Position numbers and translations under genes: made by a program
The notes under the pieces: generated by a model
Told to the model about the DNA's origin: nothing
Database searches by the model: none
What the model saw: the letters and a program-made list of their open reading frames with translations, nothing else
In this document: one piece after another, positions 41,600 to 55,095 of the stretch
Numbering within the stretch: the first letter of the stretch is position 1
Layout: each line of letters begins with the position of its first letter
NCBI GenBank assembly: GCA_013239625.1
Contig: MU054166.1
Location: 384,598 to 448,597, forward strand
Reading direction: 5' to 3'
DNA: 64,000 nt
From: Lama guanicoe
Taxonomy: Eukaryota

Positions 41600-44500
41600 C
41601 TCACTTTATGGTGGAAGATAAAAATAGTTTGGAAAAACTGGAAAATGTATTCCATGGAAATGACAAGAAAGTGCAGATTTCAATGCCCAACTCATACAAA
41701 ATATGTTTTAAATTAAGAGCCAGAATGAAAAAATATATGAGATTATATAAGCAAAAAGAGATCAATAAAAATAGAGTATTACACTCATTAAATTATATAT
41801 GGACCCAACACCTTAGATCCAAAGTATAAAAAGAAATTTTAGTAGACATGAAAGAATTAATTCATTATGAAACAATAATAGTAGGTGAGTTTAACACCTC
41901 ACTTTTCTGATAGCCAGTTCATCCAGAAAGAATATCTGTAAGGAAACAGAGGTCTTAATAGCATATTAGATCATTTGAAAGTAAGTGAGCAATTGGATAA
42001 TGCATCACAAAATCAGAACATATAAACTTTTCAAATGTGCACAGGTTATCTAAGGAATTAACCACATATTATTTCATAAAATGAGCCTCAGGGACTTTAA
42101 GCCAATACTTTAAGCCAGATTAAGCAAGTATTTTTCCATACACAAAAGAATGATACTGTGCTTCAACTGTAGAAAGAAGAATAGGAAAAGCACAAACATG
42201 AATTCAAACAACATCCTTTAAAAAAATAAAAAAATCAATGATGAAATCAAGATGTGATGAAATTTAAGAGGTAATAAAATCATACCTGGAGACAAATTAC
42301 AATGAAAACACAGCTTCATAAAATGTATGCGATGCAGCAAAGACAAATCTAGATGGAAGATGAGAACAAATAAAGACTTCTACAAAGAAAAAGAAAAACC
42401 TCATAGAAAGGACCAAGCATACCACACAAAATAACAAGAAATAAGAACAAACAAAACCCAAAGGCAGTAGAATGAGAAATCTTTAATGATTATGTTGAAA
42501 ATAAACAAAATAAAAGTTGAAAAATAAATTACATATCATAAAATGAACAGCTTTAATTTTTCTTAAAAATATTAACAAACCGGAAAGCATTTAGCCAGGC
42601 TTATCAAGAAATACAGAGACTGGACCCAAACAAAATGAGAAATGAAACAGTAGAAATAATATCTGATATTACAGAAATACAAAAAATGATTATGGAAGCA
42701 CTATGAGCTGTTACATGACAACCAACTGGACAACTTAATAGAAATGGACAAATTTCTAGAAACGTACAGCCTGCCAACACTGAATAAAAAGAAAACTGAG
42801 AACTTGAAAAGAGCAATCAGTATAAGTTAAATAAAATCAATAATTTTCAAAACACCCCTTGAACAAAATGCCTGGATGCCTTCAATAAAACCTCTTTCCC
42901 CCCAACTGTTTAAAAAAATGAAGGAGGAAGGAAAATTCCCAAAGTTATTCTATGAGGCCACCATTACCCTGATAACAAAACCAGTCAAAAACACTTAAAA
43001 AAATGAAAATGAAAATCCAATATCCTTGATGAATATACATTCAAAAATCGTTGAAAAACTTCAATAGATGAATCCAGCAATACATAGAAAGGATTATACA
43101 CGATGATCAGTTGGATTCCTTTCCAGAGTCACAAGGATAGTTCAACATACACAAGTCAAACATCGTGACACATATCTAATAAAGGAAGGACAAAATTCAC
43201 AAGACAATGTCAATACACAAAGAAAAAGCATTTGACAAAATTCAACATACATTCATCATCATAACTCTCATGAAAGTGAGTACAGTGGGAACATCTCTCA
43301 ACATACTAAAGGCCATTTATAACAATTTATAATACACAGGGGAAAGGCTGAAAGCCTTCTGGTTAAATTCGGGAACAAGACATGGATTCCTACTCTCAGG
43401 ACTTGTGTTTAATAGTAATAGAAGAAAGGAAAAGGAAAAAAAAGAAATAAAAGAAATGCAAAATGGAAAGAAAGAGTCAAAATTCACACCAGTACTGATG
43501 GCATAACAATCTACATAAAGAGTCCTAAGGGCTCCACACTGACTATTATGAACAACAAATAATTTCATCAAGGGAGCAGGGTACAAGATTAATGTAAAGA
43601 AGTCTCTTGCACTTCTACACGTTAATCATGAGATACCATAAAATGGATGTTGAAAGCAATAATATTTAAAACCCCATAACCCTGAATATCTTGGGATAAA
43701 TGTAACCACATATATGAAAGATCTAAACACTGAAAATAATAAAACATTGACAAAGAAATTAAAAATGATTCAAAGAAATGGAAAGATGTCTTGTGCTCTT
43801 GGATTGAAAGAGTTAATATTGTCAACATGGCCGTAATACACAAAGAAACCTACAGATTTATTGCAATTCCTGTTACAAAGCGGTAGTATTCTCCACAGAA
43901 CAAGAAAATAAATAACTCTAAGTTTATATGAAACCATAAAAATTGTCAAAATGATCTTGAGGAAAAACAACAAATCTAGAGGTATAACCCTCCCAGATAA
44001 CTTACTATACTACAAACCTAAAGTAATAAAAACAGCATGGCATTGGCCGAGATATAATCAATAAAAACAGATAGAGAGCCTAGAAAAATTGCACACACCT
44101 ATGAGAAATGAATCTATGATAAAAGAGGCAAGAGTACACAATGGATAAAAGACAGTCTCGTCAATGGATGGTGTTTTGGAAGCTGAATATCTACATGTAA
44201 AACAGTGAAATGATAGCATTCTTTGACATCATATACATAAATAAACTCCAAGTATATTAAGGACTTAAATGTAAGACCTGATACTATAAAACAGCTAGAA
44301 GGAAATATTGGTGATACTCTATTGGATATATATCAAAGGAATATTTTCTTATTTCAGTCTCCTAAGGCAAAAGAAACAAAAGCATAAATCAGCAAGTGGG
44401 ACCTAAACAAACTTGAAAATTTCTGCACAGCTTAGGACACTATAAGTGAAATAAAAACACTGCCTGTGTAATTGGAGAACATATTTGCAAACAATGCAAG

Positions 44501-45286
44501 TGACCAGGGGTTAATAGATGTAGGTTAATAGATGTAACATGGATTTAGTTTACACAACGTAAGGTAAAAAACAAAAAAAAATCAAAAACAAGAGAAGAAT
44601 ACCTGAGTTAATATTTTTCAAATGGAAACTTACAGATGAGTAACAGGCAAGTGATAAAATTGCCCAACATTACTAATTATTAGATAATTGCAAATCAAAA
44701 CCACAATGAGGTATCACTTAAAACTGGTCAAATGGCTATTATCAAAAAGTCTACAAAAAGAAAATGTTGGAAACGATGTGGAGGTAACAAATCTCTTGTA
44801 TTCTCTTGGTAGGAATGTAAATTTTTGGAACTTGTATGGAAAACAGTATTCAGATTTGTTTAAAAACTAAAAAGTTAACTATCATAAGACCCAGTAATAT
44901 CTCTCCTTGAGGAAATCTGGGGAAAAAACCTAAATTGAGAAGAAACAATGTTTACAACAGCACTGTTTATAATATGCAAATAAGGGAAGCAATCCAAGAG
45001 TCCAGAGCAGACTATGGACTTAAGAATATATGATGTTTCTATAAATATGCAATGGAATAATACTCAGCCATGAAAAAGTATAACACATTGCTATTTCAGC
45101 ATCATGAATGGACCTATTAAATATTGTGCTTAGTAAAGTAACTTAGACAAAGACAAAAGTATATAATATAATTTATATGTGGAATCTAAATTATAACAAA
45201 TATCTATGTACATCTATCTATAGCTATCTATTGATAGGTGACAGGTAAATAGATAGATAGGAGGATAATACTTGATAGATTGCTAC

Positions 45287-45321
<35 letters not shown>

Positions 45322-45650
45322 CATGATGGAGATGTAAAGAGTTTAGATAGACAAGACTTAACAGACTCAAAGATATGGGAAAAAATTTATGTTTACCAAA
45401 GAGAAGGGAAAGAGATTTTAATGGTAGAATATTGGCAGATAGAAAATAGTATACAGAAAGGAGTTTGGCAACATTGATAATCTGTATAGATCATGGAATT
45501 ATACACAATAGCTTAAAATAATTGTGTGTTACAATCATTGTAATAATTCATAATGCATTATACTATACAAAGTGGTTATAATAACTATGCTATACATCTG
45601 AAACTACACAATATAGTACATCTACTATACTTCAAATAAAAATAAACATC
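41600..45650 (+). mobile_element. LINE-1 ORF2 to 3' UTR (paralog of 4620..8730)
   Basis: MQIKTTMRYHLKLVK peptide; colinear with unit A. Confidence 0.85.
45287..45321. repeat. (GATA)n microsatellite
   Basis: Perfect run. Confidence 0.9.
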
Positions 45651-46516
45651 TCAGGTATAATTTAGTCCTTTTTCCGCTGATAGCAGCTTCCTTTAATAAT
45701 GTTTTATTTTACTCTTTACCTTTGATGGTTACTGACTCAAATTATTTCTTTTACTGTTGTAAACACGTTACCAGTTTGAGGTATCTATATTTATTGTCCC
45801 TGATTTCCTATTTTTCCCCTTTTAAACCAAATAGTATAGTAGCATTAAAAAACACACCCAAAGAAACTGTTGAAAGTTTCTCGGGGTATCTCCTTAAATT
45901 TTTGGGCAATGTTTTGCATATATTTGCCATTTTATATTTCTTTGAAGATTTCTTTTCTACACCTCTTATTAGGTGTATCGGTTTTGTTTTTTTTATCACA
46001 TTCAGGTTATGTTTGTCTGGTAAATTTTTTATTTTCACTTTATAAATAAGTGATAACTGTTTAAGTACTATTGAGTGAGATTTTGGCTGCCAATATTTTC
46101 TCTGTCATTGACTTGCCATTTTGCATATGATGTATCTTGAAGGAGGTCCCTTTGTCTTAATGTTATTCGTGTTTTGTTGTCTCACGGACTTGAATATCAG
46201 ATCAGTTCCTNNNNNNNNNNNNNNNNNNNNNNNNNNNNNNNNNNNNNNNNNNNNNNNNNNNNNNNNNNNNNNNNNNNNNNNNNNNNNNNNNNNNNNNNNN
46301 NNNNNNNNNNNNNNNNNNNNNNNNNNNNNNNNNNNNNNNNNNNNNNNNNNNNNNNNNNNNNNNNNNNNNNNNNNNNNNNNNNNNNNNNNNATCTCTCTTC
46401 AGACAGTCTACTTCCAATGCTTTCTGTTGCATTCTTCACCTCATTTATTAAGTTCTCCTGGCCCTCAAACAATGTTTGGCTATTTTATAGTTTCATTCTC
46501 TTTGGTAATGTAATGT

Positions 46517-47513
46517 AACAGCTAGAAGGAAATATTGGTGATACTCTATTGGATATATATCAAAGGAATATTTTCTTATTTCAGTTTCCTAAGGCAAAAG
46601 AAACAAAAGCATAAATCAGCAAGTGGGACCTAAACAAACTTGAAAAGTTCTGCACAGCTTAGGACACTATAAGTGAAATAAAAACACTGCCTGTGTAATT
46701 GGAGAACATATTTGCAAACAATGCAATTGACCAGGGGTTAATAGATGTAGGTTAATAGATGTAACATGGATTTAGTTTACACAACGTAAGGTAAAAAACA
46801 AAACCCAATCAAAAACAAGAGAAGAGTACCTGAGTTAATATTTTTCCAATGGAAACTTACAGATGAGTAACAGGCAAGGGATAAAATTGCCCAACATTAC
46901 TAATTATTAGATAATTGCAAATCAAAACCACAATGAGGTATCACTTAAAACTGGTCAAATGGCTATTATCAAAAAGTCTACAAATAGAAAATGTTGGAAA
47001 AGATGTGGAGGTAACAAATCTCTTGTATTCTCTTGGTAGGAATGTAAATTTTTGGAACTTGTATGGAAAACAGTATTCAGATTTGTTTAAAAACTAAAAA
47101 GTTAACTATCATAAGACCCAGTAATATCTCTCCTTGAGGAAATCTGGGGAAAAAACCTAAATTGAGAAGAAACAATGTTTACAACAGCACTGTTTATAAT
47201 ATGCAAATAAGGGAAGCAATCCAAGAGTCCAGAGCAGACTATGGACTTAAGAATATATGATGTTTCTATAAATATGCAATGGAATAATACTCAGCCATGA
47301 AAAAGTATAACACATTGCTATTTCAGCATCATGAATGGACCTACTAAATATTGTGCTTAGTAAAGTAACTTAGACAAAGACAAAAGTATATAATATAATT
47401 TATATGTGGAATCTAAATTGTAACAAATATCTGTGTACATCTATCTATAGCTATCTATTGATAGGTGACAGGTAAATAGATAGATAGGAGGATAATACTT
47501 GATAGATTGCTAC

Positions 47514-47570
<57 letters not shown>

Positions 47571-48894
47571 GACATGATGGAGATGTAAAGAGTTTAGATA
47601 GACAAGACTTAACAGACTCAAAGATATGGGAAAAAATTTATGTTTACCAAAGAGAAGGGAAAGAGATTTTAATGGTAGAATATTGGCAGATAGAAAATAG
47701 TATACAGAAAGGAGTTTGGCAACATTGATAATCTGTATAGATCATGGAATTATACACAATAGCTTAAAATAATTGTGTGTTACAATCATTGTAATAATTC
47801 ATAATGCATTATACTATACAAAGTGGTTATAATAACTATGCTATACATCTGAAACTACACAATATAGTACATCTACTATACTTCAAATAAAAATAAACAT
47901 CTCAGGTATAATTTAGTCCTTTTTCCGCTGATAGCAGCTTCCTTTAATAATGTTTTATTTTACTCTTTACCTTTGATGGTTACTGACTCAAATTATTTCT
48001 TTTACTGTTGTAAACACGTTACCAGTTTGAGGTATCTATATTTATTGTCCCTGATTTCCTATTTTTCCCCTTTTAAACCAAATAGTATAGTAGCATTAAA
48101 AAACACACCCAAAGAAACTGTTGAAAACGGGGTATCTAATTTTTGGGCAATGTTTTGCATATATTTGCCATTTTATATTTCTTTGAAGATTTCTTTTCTA
48201 CACCTCTTATTAGGTGTATCGGTTTTGTTTTTTTTATCACATTCAGGTTATGTTTGTCTGGTAAATTTTTTATTTTCACTTTATAAATAAGTGATAACTG
48301 TTTAAGTACTATTGAGTGAGTTAGTTCTTATTTCAGTTGTTTGAAAATGTAATTTTATTTACCCTTGGCCTATGTTTTCTGCTCAGAAATCTTCTCATAG
48401 CTTAATGGGGGATACTTTGTAGATTTTCATAACTTTTTTTGGCTGCCTTTACAATATTTTCTCTGTCATTGACTTGCCATTTTGCATATGATGTATCTTG
48501 AAGGAGGTCCCTTTGTCTTAATGTTATTCGTGTTTTGTTGTCTCACGGACTTGAATATCAGTTCCTTACACAGGTTCAGGAAGTTATCAACTATTACTTC
48601 TTTATATACACCATCAGCTGCCTTCTAATTTTCTTCTCCCTCCAGGATTCCACTCTAATGTGCACTTCCTGAGGAAGTCTGATGGCTACTTTTGAATACC
48701 CTCACTTTTTAATATCTTGTATCTCTGCACTCTCATATCATTTCTAGTTTTGTATTGGTGAGATTGCTAATCTCTCTTCCACAAAGACAGTCTACTTCCA
48801 ATGCTTTCTGTTGCATTCTTCACTTCATTTATTAAGTTCTCCTGGCCCTCAAACAATGTTTGGCTATTTTATATTTTCATTCTCTTTGGTAATG
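46517..48894. repeat. Second copy of a ~2.2-2.4 kb tandem duplication (first copy 44290..46511)
   Basis: aacagctagaaggaaatattgg at 44290 and 46517. Duplicated ORF translations at 44688/46915 and 45722/47973. Confidence 0.92.
47514..47570. repeat. (GATA)n microsatellite
   Basis: Perfect run, longer than the 45287 copy. Confidence 0.9.
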
Positions 48895-49920
48895 TATTTC
48901 TTATCATCATTTAATTTATTCTTGAGCTCACTAAACTACATTCTTAGTATTGTTTTTTGTATTGAGTTTCTGAATGACACCTATTTGGATTCTCTATTAG
49001 CTATATGGCAATATACAATGACTTAAGTTTGCTGCATGGTTCACATTGTGTGTGTGTGTCTGCGCGCAGGTGCATGTGCATGTGTGTCTGTGTCTGTGTG
49101 GGTGTATGTGTCTGTGTATCTGTGTGTGTGCGTGCCCTATAATGTAACTGTGATTGGTCATGGTCTTGTAAATGATTTCTCTGATGACACTTAATAACAG
49201 ATTGGGAGTTGGAGTCCTTGCTTTTGTTTTCTGGTAGTTTGCAATATTGCACAATTTTTGGTTTTACTTACCTGAGCTACCTCTGATAATATTTTAAAAT
49301 GGCACTTTCCAGTCGCTACTGTCTGGATAAAAGATGTGCTTTCACTGTCACTTCTTAGACTTCTTTGGTAGTTAATGCCACTGTTGTCACTGGGACAGCA
49401 AACCCTTCCTATTACATGATATCCCTTGAGACTCAATGTACACATTGGGGAAAGGTATAAAGACAGGTGGGTATTTGGAATCACGCAAGTGCCTTTGCTA
49501 TGTCCAGTGTTGCAAGGTATCTTGTCTCCACCACTGTGAAAGGGGACTAGGGACATTGTAATGAATGTCTGAGTGTCTGAAGGATGGAATTTCTGTCTCC
49601 ATTGTTGCTCCCTCCTAGTTACATGTGACCATGAGTATTAGTGCATTGGGGGCTGAAGCTGTGTCAACCACTGAGACCCTGTTTCTACTGGGTTCTCTGA
49701 ACTTGTGGACTCAGATATCCTATTCAGGGGGCCTTGGTTGCAGACATCAAATCTGCTCTTCCCTCACTTCTGCCACCTTTGTGTGTTTTATTCCACCAAA
49801 CTTCACCTGTTCACTTGAACTGAAGTATTGTGTTGTAGTTATTTTTGTTGAGATGTGAACGTTTTACTGACTGTAGATATAAGGGGAGAGACAAAAACAG
49901 TTTAAACTTATGTCACTTTT
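47920..49920 (-). mobile_element. Older LINE-1 ORF1/5' region (paralog of 8760..10750)
   Basis: Colinear with unit A; contains (TG)n at 49046-49134. Confidence 0.6.
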
Positions 49921-50079
49921 AAAAGTATATACTTTTTCAATTAAAAGCTTAAATTCTACATATGACATTATGAAAACTGTAAAGAAAGTGAACAAATCAT
50001 CTCCCCTAAAATCATAGTACTACAAAATATTTTGATTTTCCTGGGTTCTTTTCTTCAATGTTTTTCCCACATACATGCA

Positions 50080-51690
50080 TATTTTACTATAATATATCCT
50101 TATAATCTCTTTAAAATTAATTAAATTATTAAAACACTTCTCTGTGCTGTAAATATAGCCCTGTTGGTTCTCTAATTTATTACTAGTAGCTTTCACATTT
50201 TTGCCTTCTCCATCCTTCTTCCCTGTCTGCACAGGAAAACACTACTTGGTACAGTACACATATATATGTGATTTTGTTCCTTTTTTTATGATTATTTCTC
50301 TTATATCTTTATTTTCCTCATTTAAGTGACAACATAGAGTGTTTTTCTCTGTATGATTTATTTTATTGTGTGCAGCACTCTCTGGGTCCAGTCACATTGT
50401 TCCAAATAGCAGAAATTTATTTTTTAATATGACAATGACTAAGTATTTATTCTTTTATCTATATCTCACATCTACTTCAGCCATACTTCTGCTGATGAGC
50501 AGTTGAATTGTGCATCTATCCTTGGCTATTATAAATGTTAATGTTTAAAACATTGGGGGTAATATATCCTTTAATGTGAATGTTTTCATTTTTTTGAGAT
50601 TTATAACAATAACTGGAATTGCTGTAACATATACTGCTTGTATTTCTAGTTTTCTGAGCACTGACAACACTATTATAATAGTGGATGCATCAATTTATAT
50701 TTCCACAAACAGTGTACCTGGGTTCCCTTTTATCGACATTCTTATTAATGTTTGTCATTTGTAGACTTTTTTAATAGCCATTTTGGTTGCTGTGAGATTA
50801 TATTTCAATCTGGTTTTGATTTATGATTTCCTAATGAATAGCAAAGTTATCTTTCTTTTTACGTGCAAGAAAATCATTCACATTTTTTTTTGAAAAGTTT
50901 CAATGAAGATCTTCCAACTCTTTTTAAGTTGGGGTCTTTGTTTTTTAACTATATACTATTGAGTATGCTATATATATATATATTATGTAGATTAATACCT
51001 TGTTGGTTTCATTGTCTGAAACTCTTCCTTCTATTCTGTGTGTTGTCATAATTCTTGCTGAAGGTTTCCTTTGCTATGCAAAAGGTTTTACACTTCACAC
51101 TTATACAAGAAGTGGAATCCCTGTATCACATAATATATCTATTATTTCCTCAGTAAAATTAAAAACTGTTATTGTTTGTTTTCCTTATTTTTTTCACTAA
51201 GGAGATAGATCAAAAGTAAATATTGATATGATTTTTCTCAAAGGCAGTTCTGCTCCTGTTGGTCAGAAATTGTATAGTTTCAGGTTTTACATGTAGGAAA
51301 TTAATCCATTTTTATCTTATTTTGTATAATATGGAAGGAAGTGCTCTTACATCTTCCTTTTACTTGTACTGTCCAGTGTTCCCAGAACTGCTTGTTGAAG
51401 AGACTGCCTTTTTCCATTGTATACTCTTGCCCCCTTTGTTGTAGACTAACTGACCATATTAGTGTGGGTTTATTTTTGGACTCTTTATTTTGTTCCATTA
51501 ATCTATGTGACTCTTTTAGTGATATATTTTGATGTTTTGGTTACTGTAACTTTGAAGTATATTCTTAAGTCAGGGAGGATAATACCCACAGCTTTGTTCA
51601 TTTATTGAAGATAATTTTAGAAAATTTGGTTCTTTCACAATTTTGTATAAATTTTATTATATTTCTCCTGTTTTGTGAAGAAACACATGG
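50080..51690 (-). mobile_element. LINE-1 3' fragment (paralog of 10900..12520)
   Basis: Minus-strand L1 ORF2-like peptide ..QEYTMEKGSLFNKQFWEHW. Confidence 0.75.
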
Positions 51691-51699
51691 ATTCTGTGA

Positions 51700-54600
51700 G
51701 AATACAAATTTTCTAAAAGGAAAAACCTGAGAAAAATTTTAAAGTGTGGTGGATAAATCATACAATATTAAACAACCAATGGATGGATGCATAAATCAAA
51801 GTAAAAATACATAAAGAATTATGACAACAAAAATAAAGTCCATGGGGTATAGCAAAAGCAGTATTAATAGGGATGCTTATAGCAAAATAATCCCACTTAT
51901 ACAAATAAGAAACATCTCTCTCTTATAACTTAATCTTACATACAAAAGAAGTAGAAAAATAATAAACAAACTTGATAGTAGGTGGAAAGACAGCTGAAAG
52001 ATCAGAACATAAATAAATAAAATAAAGATTAATAATAGAAACATCTAGTCAAACTACATAATGGCTTTTGAAAGATAAATATAACTGATAAACTTTGAGA
52101 CTCATGAGCAAAAAAGTGAGTACAGATAAAAAAGCTCCAAAATAATTGAGAAGTTACAGCTTATAAAATATAACACAAAGCATCATAAAATGATACAACA
52201 AATTATATGCCATTAAAAATGATATCCCTAGAAGAAATGGACAATTTCTTAGAAAGACCTAATCTCCAGGATGGAATGAGTAATAGAAAATATTAACAGA
52301 TTATCACTAATGAAATTGAATAAGTAATTAAACAAAATCTCTCAAGAAACAAAATTCCAGGCCTAGACAGCATCACAGGTGATTTCTGCCAAACATTTAG
52401 AGAAGAGTTATCACCTATACTTCTCAGAGAATTCCAAAAATTTGCAGAGGAAGGAAGGCTTCCTACCCCACATTTCTATATCACACTACTACTAAAACAG
52501 GAACAAATATCTCATAAAATTACAGGTTAAATACTACTGATAAGCATAGATGCAAAAATCATCAATAAATTGTTAGCAAAGAAAACAAAATATTAAAAGG
52601 ATTATACAGTATGATTAAGTCCCTTTTATGCAAGGGATGCAAAATTGATTCAATACCCAGAAATTAATCAATATGATACACCAAACTAACAAATTGAAAA
52701 ATAAAAATTGTATGGTCACCTCAAAAGAGTCATAAAATGTTTTGACAAATTCATTATCTATTTATGATTAAATTTCTCCTCAAATTGGGCATGAGGAAAC
52801 ATACCTCAACACAGTTAAGGTCATATATGACAAGAACTCAGCTAACATGACACTCACTGATTAAAAGCTGAAAGCATCTCCTGTAAGAGAAGGAAGAAGA
52901 AAAGAATGCTCACTCTTACCACTGTTATTCAGTATAGTATTGGAAATTCTAGCCATAGCTATCCATAATAAAAGTAAATAAAATATAGCTATTTCAAAAA
53001 AAGGAGTAAAAGTATCTGTTTGCAGATGAAATACGTTAAACAGAAATAGTAAAAAAGACACCACAAGACTACTAGGGATTATGAATGCATCTGGTACAAT
53101 TTCAGAATGTAAAATTAACATACAGAAATCTTGCATTTCTACACACTAACAACAAAATAACAGATAGAGGAAGTGAGGTAACTGTCTCACTTACAGTTGC
53201 ATTAAAAAAAATCAAGAAATGTATCCATCCAAGGAGTTAAATATCCTGTAATAAGAAAACTATCAATATTTGTAACAGAAATTGAAGATAGTGCAAACAG
53301 ATGAATGGATATAGTGTGTTCATATATTAGGAAAAAATATTGTTTAAATGACAGTACTAGCCAAGAAAATACACAAATTAAATTCAGTGCCTATCAAAAT
53401 ACAAAGTGCATTTTCAGACACTTACAAGAATTAATTCTTACATTTTCATGTAAACACAAAAGAGTTGAAATCACTAAAAAAGAAAAGAAAAGAAAAGAAA
53501 ACAAACAAACTAAAAACACAAACAACTTTGACAAAAACAAATAGTATCACTGTGCCTGATTTTAATCTATAATACAAAACTACAGTAATGAATATAGTAG
53601 TGGCACAGAACAAACAGAATAATGGAACACAACATAATGAATAAAAATGAAATCAGACAGTTATGCTCATTTAGCCCATTACAAATAAATTAATATACAG
53701 TGGTGGAAAGGTAATCAACAGGCACATGAAATTGGTCAACATCACTAACCATCAGAAAAATGCAAGTCCAAAACTCAATAAGATTTTATGTCAGTCCTGC
53801 CAGAATGAATATTGTCAAAAAGATTACAAATATAAATGTCAGTGAGGATGTAAGAAAAAGAACCCTGATGCACTGATTGAATGAATGTAAATTTGTGCTA
53901 CCACTGTGGAAAACAGTATGGAGTTTTACCTAAAAATTAAAAATGAAATATGAACCAACATTTCTATATCTGGATACTTATTCCAAGAATATAAAAACTC
54001 TAAGCAGAAAAGATAAATTCAACCCTATACTCACTGCGGCATTATTTACAATAACCAGGATATAGAAGCAAATTAATTGCTCATCAATATATGATGGACA
54101 AAGAAAATGTCTGTTTATAGTATATATATCTAACCATCTATTAACTGAAGATTTATCTATATTTGAATATATATATGCATACACACTATATATATATATT
54201 ATGCACAATATATATATATGTATGCAACACACACATAAAATTTCAATGGGTTATTACTCAGCTCTAAAAAGTATAAGTTCTTGTCATTTGCAAAAAATGG
54301 GTAGACCAAGATGGTAATATGCTAAGTGGAATTACTCACAGAGATAATGACAAATGCTAAATTATTTTACTCATATTTTGATTTTAAAACAAATCAACAT
54401 AACAAAACAGGAAAGGAGTTATTGATATAAAAAGATACAGGTTGTTTACAAGAAGGAGGGAAATGTGGTGAAGAAAAAGAAATAGTTCAGGAAAATTAAG
54501 AGAGAATATTTTCCAGTTGCAAATTAAATGAGTCAGGAACAAGAAATGTACTGTATGGGGAATAGTCAATAACAATGAAATATCTTTAAATAGCAACATA

Positions 54601-55095
54601 TCATAAATAAATTTATTCTTGTGATCAGTTTGAAATGTATTAAAATTTGCAAACATTATGTTATGTAAGAGAATCTAACACAGTGTCATACATTAAAGTA
54701 CACTTCAAAAACAAACAAATATACTTATAGGAAAAAACAGATTTGTAGTTAACAGAGGCAGGGGTTGGGAAAGGAGAATTAGATTAATACACCCGAAAGA
54801 TTCCAGCCATTAAAAAAACGTGTTCTAGGGATGTTACATATTAACATGATAAATAAAATTAATACTGCTTTATGTTACATATGAATGTTGTTAAGAGAGT
54901 AGACGCTAAGATTTCTCAGCACAACTAAAAACAAATTGCATTTCTTTAATATTATATCTAAATGAGATAATGAATTCTCCATAAAATTGCTATAATATTT
55001 ACTTCATGATACATGTGACTCAAATATCTACCCTTTGCACCTAAACTTACACCATGTCTTATGTCAATTATATCTCAATAAAAGCAGAAGGAAAA
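51700..55095 (+). mobile_element. LINE-1 ORF2/3' UTR plus a following old L1 3' end (paralog of 12530..16120)
   Basis: Colinear with unit A; L1 ORF2 motifs. Confidence 0.78.
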
